Of a DNA stretch of 64,000 nucleotides, positions 17,669-27,197 are shown one piece after another (position 1 is the first letter of the stretch; each line of letters opens with the position of its first letter). The notes under the pieces are model-generated. The model worked only from the letters and a program-made list of their open reading frames with translations, did not search any database and was not told where the DNA came from. Both the position numbers and the translations under genes were made by a program. Origin of the DNA: Eubacteriales bacterium (lineage in GTDB: Bacteria; Bacillota; Clostridia; Oscillospirales; JAAYXM01); contig JAZQFJ010000093.1 in assembly GCA_045539475.1 (NCBI GenBank), positions 3,540-67,539 on the forward strand, in the 5' to 3' direction.

Positions 17669-19482
17669 TCTTTTTCCTCCCTGTCAAAATAGTTTCTTAT
17701 CTCTTCCGCCGACAATTTAGGAACAACTTTGCACAACTCTTCATATGATGCCGACTTTATTGCCGGAATATTTTTGAAGGTTTCAAGAAGCTTTACTGCT
17801 CTTGCTTTTCCCACGCCAGGAATTTTCGTAAGCTCACTTTCCGTCATACTGCGCGCGCGAAGCTTTCTGTGATACTCAATCGAATACCTGTGAACCTCCT
17901 CCTGTACGGCGGTTACGAAGCGAAATACGGCGGGATGGGCCGATATGCCTATTTCATTTCCGCTTGCATCAACAATCGCGCGGGTGCTGTGTTTATCGTT
18001 TTTTACCATACCGAAAAGCGGAATATTTAAACCAAGCTCACAAAGAAGCGGTGCAACTGCATTGATCTGGGTTATACCACCGTCGAGAAGAATTAGATCC
18101 GGCTTGTTTTTAAACTTCTCATCTCCATCTTTATATCGCATAAAGCGGCGGGATATCACCTCACGCATTGCCTGCGGATCATCCTGACCGGTAAGCGTTT
18201 TTATCTTAAATCTTCGGTACTCACGCCGAAGCGGAGAACCGTTTTTAAAAACAACCATACCCGCAACCATATCGGAGCCCGAAATGTTTGATATGTCGTA
18301 TGATTCAATCCTCTCCGGAAGTGAATCAAGCGCAAGAATTTTCTTGAGATCCTCAAGAACACGGATTTCACGCTCCTCGCGGTTTATTGCCGCAAGAGCT
18401 TTCTCCCGTGCGTTCTGCTCTGCCATTTCCACAGATTTAAGTTTTTCACCGCGCTTGGGTGTATATACGTAAACACGTTTCCCCGAAAGTGATGTCAGCC
18501 ATTCTTCAAGAGTTTCCGGTGATGATACTTCATACTGAAGATATATCTCGCGCGGGAAGCTTGTTCTTCCGGAATAATACCGTACGACAAACTCCTCCAG
18601 AAGCTCAGACATTTCGCCGTATACCGGCGTTTCCGTCATTCTCGTTTCGCTTTCGAGGAGAGAACCGTCAATGTAGTGAAGAACCGAAAATGCAGTCTTG
18701 CTCTCCCCTGTGTAAAGCGCAAACACGTCTGTGTCAGACATCATGCTTGAAATGATTTTCTGCTTTGTTCCAAGTGTGGAAATTGCACGGATTTCATCGC
18801 GCAGCTTTCCCGCAAGCTCAAACTCAAGCTTTTCGGCGTGGGCAAGCATTTTTTCTTCAAGAAGCTTTATAACCTCATCGGTTTTTCCGGAGAGAATCAT
18901 GCACGCCCGCTCGATGCGTTCGCGATATTCTTCTGCCGTCAGCTTTCCCGCGCATGGAGCATCGCATCTTCCTATATGGCTGTTGAGACACGGTCTGCCC
19001 TTTCCGATATCGGCAGGAAAACGGCGATTGCATGTCGGCAGGCGCAAAAGCGCGCTTACCGTCTCTATCGCACGGCGGGATTCGTTCCTGCCGCCATATG
19101 GACCAAAGTAACGCGCACCGTCCTCGCGAGGCTTCGATACAATTGAAAAGCGCGGATATTCATCATTTGACAAGCGTACAGACGGATATCCCTTATCATC
19201 CTTTAAAAGGATATTATATCTTGGCATATGACGCTTTATCAGAGAATTTTCGAGAACGAGAGCTTCAAACTCCGTATCCGTTATTATATAGTCAAAATCG
19301 CGCACTTGTGACACCATAAGGCGCGTTTTTGAATTATGCGAGGAATTCTGCCGAAAATACGAATTAACGCGGTTATACAGCTTTTTAGCCTTTCCTACGT
19401 ATATAACCTCACCCTTTTTATCGAGCATTATATATACTCCCGGCTTCATCGGAAGACGAAGCGCCTTTTCTTTTGGGGTCAT
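17665..19482 (-). CDS. uvrC: Excinuclease ABC subunit C
   Basis: GIY-YIG N-terminus (PGVYIMLDKKGEVIYVGKAKKLYNRV), UVR domain, and C-terminal (HhH)2. Confidence 0.95.
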   Translation of the reverse strand: MTPKEKALRLPMKPGVYIMLDKKGEVIYVGKAKKLYNRVNSYFRQNSSHNSKTRLMVSQVRDFDYIITDTEFEALVLENSLIKRHMPRYNILLKDDKGYPSVRLSNDEYPRFSIVSKPREDGARYFGPYGGRNESRRAIETVSALLRLPTCNRRFPADIGKGRPCLNSHIGRCDAPCAGKLTAEEYRERIERACMILSGKTDEVIKLLEEKMLAHAEKLEFELAGKLRDEIRAISTLGTKQKIISSMMSDTDVFALYTGESKTAFSVLHYIDGSLLESETRMTETPVYGEMSELLEEFVVRYYSGRTSFPREIYLQYEVSSPETLEEWLTSLSGKRVYVYTPKRGEKLKSVEMAEQNAREKALAAINREEREIRVLEDLKKILALDSLPERIESYDISNISGSDMVAGMVVFKNGSPLRREYRRFKIKTLTGQDDPQAMREVISRRFMRYKDGDEKFKNKPDLILLDGGITQINAVAPLLCELGLNIPLFGMVKNDKHSTRAIVDASGNEIGISAHPAVFRFVTAVQEEVHRYSIEYHRKLRARSMTESELTKIPGVGKARAVKLLETFKNIPAIKSASYEELCKVVPKLSAEEIRNYFDREEKE

Positions 19483-19636
19483 TTTTTTCTTTCACCTGCC
19501 TATAAGAATCCCACTCAACAATGCAATCAAAGATTGCTGTTGGTTCCCCGGTAACCTTGTTGTGTTCCACAATAACAGTATAGACGGCAACAGTATTGCC
19601 GTCTATATAAGGTAATGTTAAAATTTACGGTTGATA

Positions 19637-19906
19637 TTACATCTGATCGGAGAAATTGCTCCCGACGAGCTCACAAAGCGCGACAAGAGCCTCATCCTCA
19701 TCAACACCGTCAGCAATGATGTTTACCTTGGTACCCTTTACGATACCGAGAGAAAGAACACCAAGCAGGCTTTTCGCATTTACGCGACGTTCCTCACGTT
19801 CAACCTGTATGCTGCATTTAAATTCATTTGCCTTCTGGATGAAAAATGTCGCCGGACGGGCACGAAGTCCGATCTGGTTGTTGATAACTACTTCTTTAGA
19901 ACACAT
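19637..19906 (-). CDS. HPr-family protein lacking the catalytic His15 (Arg at that position), Ser46 region intact: Crh-like
   Basis: IGLRARPA (codon CGT) where HPr has G(I/L)HARPA. NAKSLLGVLSLG retains the HprK-target Ser. Confidence 0.85.
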   Translation of the reverse strand: MCSKEVVINNQIGLRARPATFFIQKANEFKCSIQVEREERRVNAKSLLGVLSLGIVKGTKVNIIADGVDEDEALVALCELVGSNFSDQM

Positions 19907-20043
19907 TTAGAGCGTCTCCTCACAATCATTTTTACAAATTTTATCAGTATATATATATAATAACAAATTACCTGTACATAAGTCAATATTTTTTTATGCA
20001 TACAACGCACAAAATTTTGAATGTTTTTCCGCCGATTATTGTA

Positions 20044-22431
20044 TTAAGTTCTCAGTTCAGCGATGGTAACACCGTCTTCTCCCTCTCCGTAAACACCCAA
20101 ACGGAAAGATTTTATGTGCGGATGAGTGCGGAGATACGTGTGAACGGACTTGCGCAGAACACCTGTTCCCTTCCCGTGAATGATGGTAACTGTGTTAAGC
20201 TTCGCCAGAAACGCGGTATCAAGATACGAGCTTAAAACGTATTCTGCTTCGTCTGATGCAAGCCCCCGAAGGTCAACCTCCGGCTTTACTGAAATATTGC
20301 GTAGCTCTGCCTTTTTCTTCGCTATAAAACGATTTACGGTCTTTTCTCCCGTTTCTTCAACAAGCGAGACCTCGTCCGGTCTTGCAGTAACCTTCATTAT
20401 TCCGGCCTGTACGGTGAGAATTCCCGTTTTTTCCGCTATACCCACAACCGTACCTTGAAGACCTAACTCCACCAGTTCCACGGTGTCTCCCTCACGAAGT
20501 TTTCGCGGAAGCGGTTTTGGCGTGGGACGGGCTTTTGCACGGATTACGTTTTTCTCCGCTTCGTTAAGTCCGCGGGAGAGCTCGCTCCTTGCTTCATTAA
20601 TGAGATTGCGGTCTGCTTTTTTCTTTTCAAGCTTCCTTATCTCCTTGATTTCATCAAGTGCACGGTCTGCTGCCTCACGTGCATCTGAAAGAATTTTTTC
20701 TGCATCTGCACGAGCTTTCTCTATCACGCTTACCTTGCGCTTTTCAAGCTCTTCCTCAAACTGCTCACTCTTCTTCTTTTTGCTTTCCGCATCCAAGCGA
20801 AGCCTGTTTGCCTCGGAAAGCTCGGTATCAAGAGCCTTTTGCTTTGCCTCAAGCTGTGATAATATCTCGTCAAAGCGTTTATCTTCACGCTCGACAAGTC
20901 TTTCCGCTCCTTTTATTATATTCATTGGAAGCCCCAAGCGCTCCGATATTGCAAAAGCATTACTTTTTCCCGGAATACCTATAAGCAATCGGTAAGTGGG
21001 CTTTAGTGTCGTAACATCAAATTCGCAGCTTGCGTTTTCAACGCGCTCTGTAATAAGCGCAAAGCTTTTAAGCTCTGCATAATGCGTTGTCGCAACAGTT
21101 TTAGCACCAAGCGCACGTATATACTCAATAATCGAAACAGCCAAAGCTGCACCTTCAACAGGGTCGGTACCCGCTCCAAGCTCATCAACAAGAACAAGTG
21201 AACTGTCATCTGCTTGCGATATTATCTCAACAATATTTTTCATATGCGATGAAAACGTTGAGAGGGACTGCTCTATGCTTTGCTCATCTCCGATATCGGC
21301 AAATATCTTAGAGAATACGGAAATTTCGCTTCCGTAGTCACACGGAATATGCAGACCGCACTCTGCCATAAGAGTGAGAAGCCCTATGGTTTTAAGCGAA
21401 ACCGTTTTACCGCCGGTGTTGGGGCCGGTAATAACCAGAGTGTCAAACTCGCGCCCGAGGCGGATGGAAATCGGGACGGTTTTGTTCTTATCAAGCAAGG
21501 GATGGCGGGCATTCTTCAAGTCAACTATACCTTTATCATTTACCGACGGTGCCTCTGCGTTCTGCGCATATGAAAGCTTTCCCATCGCGAAAATCAAATC
21601 AAGCCGCGAGAGAATTTCAAAATTCGTTTCAATGCCCGCGGAAAATTCGGCGACCTCAGAAGAAAGCGCGGCAAGAATTCGCTCTATTTCCTTTTTTTCC
21701 TCTGCCTCAAGCTCGCGCAATGCGTTATTGAGCTCAACAACCTGTATAGGCTCTATAAACACGGTTGCACCTGTTGATGAAACATCGTGTACAAGGCCTT
21801 TTATTTCACCTTTATACTCACTTTTAACAGGAACAACAAAACGCCCGGAGCGCTGTGTGATGATATTCTCCTGCAAATGCTTTGCGTGCGCCGGAGAAGA
21901 AATGATATGCGCAAGCACCTCACGCACCTTTTCACCGCTACGACGTATACGTCTGCGTATTGCCAAAAGCTCTCCGGATGCTCCGTCTGCAATTTCCTCA
22001 GGACTTATAATTGCTGAACGGATTTTATCTTCAAGCGCACGATTTATCATAAGAGCTGCAAACATCCCGTCAAGAGATGTTCTTTCACTCTTTCTGTCAT
22101 CCTCAAGATAACTCTGTACACCGCGCGCCGTGCGCAAAAGCTCTGCCACATGCAGAAGCTCTCCTGCATTGAGAGAACCGCCACGCTCTGCACGCCGGAC
22201 ACTTGCCGATAGATTGCGCACTCCGGAAAACGGCGGAGCACCTTTTATTCCCAGAAGGCGACGGGCGTCACTCGTCTTATCAAGCGATGCACGAACCTCT
22301 GTTACATCGGTTTTAGGAGAAAGACTGCGTGCAAGCTCTTTTGCACTGTCACTTACCGCATAACCGGCAAGAAGCTCAAGCACATGTGCAAGCTCAAGCG
22401 TATTCTGTGATTTTTGGTATAAACTGTCCAT
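20044..22431 (-). CDS. mutS2: Endonuclease MutS2 (MutS domain V ATPase plus C-terminal Smr)
   Basis: Walker A GPNTGGKT. Smr tail LRGLASDEAEYVL...HGKGTGVLR. Start set at ATG 22431, with GGAG 5 nt upstream. Confidence 0.95.
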   Translation of the reverse strand: MDSLYQKSQNTLELAHVLELLAGYAVSDSAKELARSLSPKTDVTEVRASLDKTSDARRLLGIKGAPPFSGVRNLSASVRRAERGGSLNAGELLHVAELLRTARGVQSYLEDDRKSERTSLDGMFAALMINRALEDKIRSAIISPEEIADGASGELLAIRRRIRRSGEKVREVLAHIISSPAHAKHLQENIITQRSGRFVVPVKSEYKGEIKGLVHDVSSTGATVFIEPIQVVELNNALRELEAEEKKEIERILAALSSEVAEFSAGIETNFEILSRLDLIFAMGKLSYAQNAEAPSVNDKGIVDLKNARHPLLDKNKTVPISIRLGREFDTLVITGPNTGGKTVSLKTIGLLTLMAECGLHIPCDYGSEISVFSKIFADIGDEQSIEQSLSTFSSHMKNIVEIISQADDSSLVLVDELGAGTDPVEGAALAVSIIEYIRALGAKTVATTHYAELKSFALITERVENASCEFDVTTLKPTYRLLIGIPGKSNAFAISERLGLPMNIIKGAERLVEREDKRFDEILSQLEAKQKALDTELSEANRLRLDAESKKKKSEQFEEELEKRKVSVIEKARADAEKILSDAREAADRALDEIKEIRKLEKKKADRNLINEARSELSRGLNEAEKNVIRAKARPTPKPLPRKLREGDTVELVELGLQGTVVGIAEKTGILTVQAGIMKVTARPDEVSLVEETGEKTVNRFIAKKKAELRNISVKPEVDLRGLASDEAEYVLSSYLDTAFLAKLNTVTIIHGKGTGVLRKSVHTYLRTHPHIKSFRLGVYGEGEDGVTIAELRT

Positions 22432-22449
22432 AAAAACTCCAAACAAGTA

Positions 22450-23193
22450 TTATATTAACCCTTTATAGAATGTATTTGTTTTAAATTTCCTATCAAAATG
22501 AGTGCTGAGATATTCATCGCACACATCAGCGAGAAGCTTCATTGACGAATCGTTTATCGAAAACGAGAAGATGCGTTTTATATCCTCGCTCAAAATAAAA
22601 CGCATTGCATCAACAACACTTGCGTCTATCCGTTTAAGGAATCCGCCGTTGCAAGCAGAACACAGAACTGTTCCGTTTTCAACGTCGAAATAAGCAAGAT
22701 CATCAATGCTGCCGCACACTCCGCAACTCAAAACATTCGGCGTATATCCGGATAGAGATGCAACTTTAAGCTCGAACACTGCTTTTATCTTTTCATGCGG
22801 AATGTTGGTTTTTGCAAGCGCATAAAGAGAATTTAGTCCCAAGCGCAAAAGCTCAGGATTTATACTTTCCTCTTCCGCTGCAAGCTCAAGCACCTCTGCA
22901 AAATATGAGCCGAGCGCAAGCTTGACGATATCGTTGCGAATGCCATAAAACATTTCCAGCGGCTCTGCTTCATTTAGCGTGTATCGTCCGCCGCTTTCAT
23001 AAAGAGTGAGCTCAGAATACGTAAGAAGCTGAATTGCAGCCGAAACCCGGCTTCCTTTTCTTTTCGCTCCGCGGGCAAGCACCGAAAGCTTGCCGCCGCA
23101 TTCGGTAAGCACACTCAGCATAACATCCGATTCTTTATACGGAGTTTCTCTCAGAACAAGCCCTTTATCTACCACCTGCAAAGCTCTCACCAC
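22450..23193 (-). CDS. recO: DNA repair protein RecO
   Basis: 247 aa. OB-fold N-terminus and a Cys4 zinc cluster (CGVCGS...CSAC). Conserved era-recO synteny. Confidence 0.9.
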   Translation of the reverse strand: MVRALQVVDKGLVLRETPYKESDVMLSVLTECGGKLSVLARGAKRKGSRVSAAIQLLTYSELTLYESGGRYTLNEAEPLEMFYGIRNDIVKLALGSYFAEVLELAAEEESINPELLRLGLNSLYALAKTNIPHEKIKAVFELKVASLSGYTPNVLSCGVCGSIDDLAYFDVENGTVLCSACNGGFLKRIDASVVDAMRFILSEDIKRIFSFSINDSSMKLLADVCDEYLSTHFDRKFKTNTFYKGLI

Positions 23194-23215
23194 CTGTAAA
23201 GTAGATGCACTTCAC

Positions 23216-24106
23216 TTATATCTCGTAGCCGAAATTCTTTATAAGAACATCATTATCACGCCAATTTTCCTTGACCTTTACCCACGTCTCAAGATAAACC
23301 TTTGTTCCCATAAATCTTTCGATATCGCCTCTTGCACGCTCACCTATCTTTTTAAGCATTGCACCACGCTTGCCAATTATTATCCCCTTATGACTTTCAC
23401 GTTCACAGTATATGGTTGCCACAACATCTATTATTCCGTTGTCACGCTCGGTAAAACGAGTTATCTCAACCGCAGTTCCGTGAGGAATTTCATGATTGAG
23501 AAGGCGAAGCAGCTTCTCGCGGATTATTTCTGCTACCATTTGTTTTTCAGGTTGATCCGAAATCATATCCTCCGGGAAGAGAGCGTCTCCCTCCGGGATA
23601 AATTTATCAAGCTCGTCATATATTAAATCAAGTCCGTCTCCTTTGAATGCAGAAACAGGAATTATGGCATCAAACTCATTCTTTGCACTATATGCTTCAA
23701 TAACGGGAATAATCTCCGCCTTTTCTACAGTATCAATTTTGTTTATGAGAAGGATTGCCGGTACCTTACTCCGGTTTATTCTTGCGATAATTTCTTCCTC
23801 AGCGGTACCGATTTTTGCAATGGGCGCAACCATCATGATGACAGCATCAACATCGCTCATTGCATCCCCTGCAACTTTTACCATATATTCACCGAGATGG
23901 CTCTTCGGTGTGTGGATTCCGGGGGTGTCCATAAAAACATACTGTGTGTTTTTTCTGTTAATAATTCCGCATATGCGGTTTCGCGTTGTTTGCGGCTTAT
24001 CCGAAACTATCGCAATTTTCTCGCCTGCAAGGGCGTTTATAAGTGTTGATTTACCGACATTCGGCCTGCCCACTATGGCAACCATTCCCGATTTTTTTAT
24101 ATCCAT
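23216..24106 (-). CDS. era: GTPase Era
   Basis: G1 GRPNVGKST, G3 DTPG, G4 NKID, C-terminal KH domain. Start set at ATG 24106, with AAGGAG 6 nt upstream. Confidence 0.95.
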   Translation of the reverse strand: MDIKKSGMVAIVGRPNVGKSTLINALAGEKIAIVSDKPQTTRNRICGIINRKNTQYVFMDTPGIHTPKSHLGEYMVKVAGDAMSDVDAVIMMVAPIAKIGTAEEEIIARINRSKVPAILLINKIDTVEKAEIIPVIEAYSAKNEFDAIIPVSAFKGDGLDLIYDELDKFIPEGDALFPEDMISDQPEKQMVAEIIREKLLRLLNHEIPHGTAVEITRFTERDNGIIDVVATIYCERESHKGIIIGKRGAMLKKIGERARGDIERFMGTKVYLETWVKVKENWRDNDVLIKNFGYEI

Positions 24107-24136
24107 TTCATTCTCCTTCACAGCATATGTTAAGTT

Positions 24137-26287
24137 TTACTGCTTTACGCGCAGCGAAAGCATATACGTCGGTATACACCACAAAAGAAGGTAAATAAAT
24201 ACAGTCTGAGGTGTTACCAAAACGGGTTTCTGAATAAACATAAGATAGAACATCAAAAGCATACCGATAATTGCGCATGACGCCGTCAGAAAAATATTTC
24301 TGATAGTTGCTCTGCGAAGCTTTTTGGCAGACAACACCGCCGAAGATAACGGATAAAGACCTCCTCGTGTGATGAGCGCCGCCGTATCACTTGATATAAA
24401 CTGCTCTTTTTCAGACAAATCAAGACGCTGTTCAATTTCCGGATATTCAAGCGTTCCGTCACGCAAGCCAAATGTCTGCTCAACCATCATCGGAAGCATA
24501 TTAAAATCACGAACTGCAAGAACAACAGGAACCTTTCTTTTCACAAGCATATGCAAAGCTCGCTCCACATCAGCATTCCCTTTATAATTTATATTGAACA
24601 CACCTGCGGGTGTTTTGTTAATTGCAATAAATACGGCATTTTTCGCGCCCGTTCCCGAACCCAGGCGAACGCCTGTTCGAAGCATAAAGCCCGCACTTCC
24701 GACAAGCACGTTATCGCCCGAAATTTCAGCCTCTATACCGCCAGACTCACGGTAGCGCAGATTAGTAACCTTTGTTGCTGTGCCATAACGGCTTTTTAAA
24801 AGGTCGGAAAAAACATCACAAAGCCCGCATCCCGTCTCCGCAATAACGCTGGCAGCATAGCATACGGTCTGTTCAAGAGAGTACTTGCCGAGAATTTTGA
24901 GTCCATGGAGAGCAACGGTTCCTTTCGGGAAAATATCATCATCACAGACAACAAGGTTTGCTTTCTTTGCAAGATTGCTTGCAGAAAACCATCCCGATAT
25001 CGCCGCACCGATGGATGAAAGGTTCTTTGCCGTAACTGAAAACGGAAATGAGAACGAAAGCATTGTAAAAAACGGAGTAGAAACCGAAGATATTCCGGCA
25101 AGAGCCCAGAAAAAGTTTTTGGCATTTCCCGTGCCGACAGATGAAACAAATGCAAACACGATAGAGGAAACAATAACAACAGGAGATAAGAATCTCCAGA
25201 ATGTGCAGGATGCATCTTTATCACTTATATGAGCTACAAATGACTTTGTGTCCTCGGTTGTCTGCTTGATTATATGCATTTCTCCGAAAATATTTTCAAC
25301 GCGAACTGCACCCGGTCGCTTTGCAGCTTTCACGGTTTTCCCTACTCTGCACAAAGCGCGGGCATTTATCCATTTTCCGTATATCGCAAAGAACAGCCCG
25401 ACAACCGTTATGCAGCTGTATGGAAGCCATCCGCCCCAACGAGGAGCCGCCATAATAGATATAACGTGCGCAAGAGATGCGAAAGAAGAAAACATAATTG
25501 CTGACTCGGCATCGGGTTTCAACTTGAAAATCCGTGCCATCCCGCGCGAGAGCACGTCAACAGACAAAAGCATCGCGCATATCTGAAAAAACGCAGTAAG
25601 GAACAGATACCGGAACGGATGCTTCATATACGAGAGAATGCCCGGAAGAAACCAGCCGAGCGGCTCAGAAAACGCAAGATAACACGAAAGGACACTCAGA
25701 ATAAGAAGAACAACGGAGCGTAGTCCCAAAAGCTTCGAAAGCTTTGAGTTTTCTTTTATTATTTCCTCAACTGTTCGGGTTTCAAGCTCTGTTTCTTTAT
25801 TTTTATCCTCAAAAAGCTCACTTCGTGTGAACGTATCAAACGTTTCTGCGAAGGTTGCTGCGCGTTTTTTCTTCTTTGGACCCTTTTCCAATGTGTCTTC
25901 AAGCGACATATCACCGTAAACGCCGTTTTCCCACGGACGAACTACGGTATCAATCATCTTTGGTCTGCCTTTCTGTGCCGTCAGAATTTCTTTTTCAGCC
26001 TGTGCCTCCAGTTCTTTCTCAATTTCCTTCCAATCCTTGCTGTCAAAGGAAATCTGACCTTCTGCCTGAATCATCTTTCGCAGACTTCTTTTATTTTGCT
26101 TTACCGGCTTTTCTTCCTGAGTTTTGGTAGCTTCAATCGGTCTTTTTATGCCGTCGGAAAACTCGGAGAGAATTTCGTCTACGCTAAAGGTGTCGTCACC
26201 GTATATGTTTTCTGCATTTATTTCATCAAGAATGTCCTGGACAGACATTTCAGAGATTGTTTCATCAAATTTCATTTTATCATCCAT
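24137..26287 (-). CDS. Membrane protein homologous to P1B-type ATPases but lacking catalytic motifs (degenerate P-type ATPase-like), with ~190-aa acidic N-terminal extension
   Basis: Collinear with CopA/ZntA-like segments by eye: VVCDDDIFPKGTVAL vs VxFDKTGTLT, GDNVLVGSAGFM vs VLVGNxxLM, VVLAVRDFN vs VVMLTGD, AKKLRRATIRNIFL vs LSRATMRNIKQNL. No TGES and no GDGxNDxP. Confidence 0.55.
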   Translation of the reverse strand: MDDKMKFDETISEMSVQDILDEINAENIYGDDTFSVDEILSEFSDGIKRPIEATKTQEEKPVKQNKRSLRKMIQAEGQISFDSKDWKEIEKELEAQAEKEILTAQKGRPKMIDTVVRPWENGVYGDMSLEDTLEKGPKKKKRAATFAETFDTFTRSELFEDKNKETELETRTVEEIIKENSKLSKLLGLRSVVLLILSVLSCYLAFSEPLGWFLPGILSYMKHPFRYLFLTAFFQICAMLLSVDVLSRGMARIFKLKPDAESAIMFSSFASLAHVISIMAAPRWGGWLPYSCITVVGLFFAIYGKWINARALCRVGKTVKAAKRPGAVRVENIFGEMHIIKQTTEDTKSFVAHISDKDASCTFWRFLSPVVIVSSIVFAFVSSVGTGNAKNFFWALAGISSVSTPFFTMLSFSFPFSVTAKNLSSIGAAISGWFSASNLAKKANLVVCDDDIFPKGTVALHGLKILGKYSLEQTVCYAASVIAETGCGLCDVFSDLLKSRYGTATKVTNLRYRESGGIEAEISGDNVLVGSAGFMLRTGVRLGSGTGAKNAVFIAINKTPAGVFNINYKGNADVERALHMLVKRKVPVVLAVRDFNMLPMMVEQTFGLRDGTLEYPEIEQRLDLSEKEQFISSDTAALITRGGLYPLSSAVLSAKKLRRATIRNIFLTASCAIIGMLLMFYLMFIQKPVLVTPQTVFIYLLLWCIPTYMLSLRVKQ

Positions 26288-26320
26288 CGGCACAACACCT
26301 CCTTTAAGTTATAATGTCTT

Positions 26321-27088
26321 TTATTTTTCAAGCCTTTGCCTTACAGTTTCAAAAAGAACCACCGCCGCTGCAGCGGATGCATTTAATGACTGAGTTTTTC
26401 CAAGCATAGGAATATTCATCACAACATCACAGCACTCGGTAACAAGGCGACCCATACCGTCCCCCTCTGATCCGATGACAATCACCGCAGGACCACGAAG
26501 GTCAGTTTTGTATATATCCGCAGCAGCACCGAGTCCCGTGCCGTAAACCCAAAGTCCGCGCTTTTTAAGCTCGCTGAGCGTGGTCGGGATATTTGACACT
26601 CGAGCAACCGGAATATGCTCAAGTGCACCGGAAGAAACTTTAGCAACAACAGCCGTAAGCCCTGCATTTCTGCGTTTTGGGATGATAACACCATGAGCAC
26701 CGGCAGCCTCGGCACTTCTTATTATTGCTCCGAGATTATGCGGGTCGGAAATTTCATCGCAAACAACAATAAGTGGAGGTCTTCCCGTTCTTTCAGCATA
26801 CTCTAAAATATTCTCTACCGTGCTGTACTCATGCGCAGCAGCAAATGCCATAACGCCCTGATGCGCGCCGCTGCGACTTAAAGAATCAAGCTTTCTTCTG
26901 TCACATTTGCTGACAACAACGCCTGCTTGTTTTGCAGCAGCAAGGATGTGACTTATATTTTTATCCCCTTCGGAATAAAGTATTTTATCTACTGCTCTTC
27001 CCGTACGCAATGCTTCAAATACGGAATTACGGCCTTCGATTATGTAGTTATCCGAATCGTCAAACTTTTTAAATTTGTTATTGTTCAT
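26321..27088 (-). CDS. rlmB: 23S rRNA (guanosine-2-prime-O)-methyltransferase, RlmB/SpoU (TrmH) family
   Basis: SpoU_sub_bind N-terminus. DEISDPHNLGAIIRSAEAAG and IGSEGDGM...IPMLGKTQSLNAS motifs. Confidence 0.85.
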   Translation of the reverse strand: MNNNKFKKFDDSDNYIIEGRNSVFEALRTGRAVDKILYSEGDKNISHILAAAKQAGVVVSKCDRRKLDSLSRSGAHQGVMAFAAAHEYSTVENILEYAERTGRPPLIVVCDEISDPHNLGAIIRSAEAAGAHGVIIPKRRNAGLTAVVAKVSSGALEHIPVARVSNIPTTLSELKKRGLWVYGTGLGAAADIYKTDLRGPAVIVIGSEGDGMGRLVTECCDVVMNIPMLGKTQSLNASAAAAVVLFETVRQRLEK

Positions 27089-27197
27089 GCTCTCTCCCTG
27101 ATTTTAATAAATAATACTCTATAATAGTATACCACGAAATATGTTGAATTTAAATACCCAAAAACACTTTTTTTGAAAATTTAAGGAGGTTTTTTAT

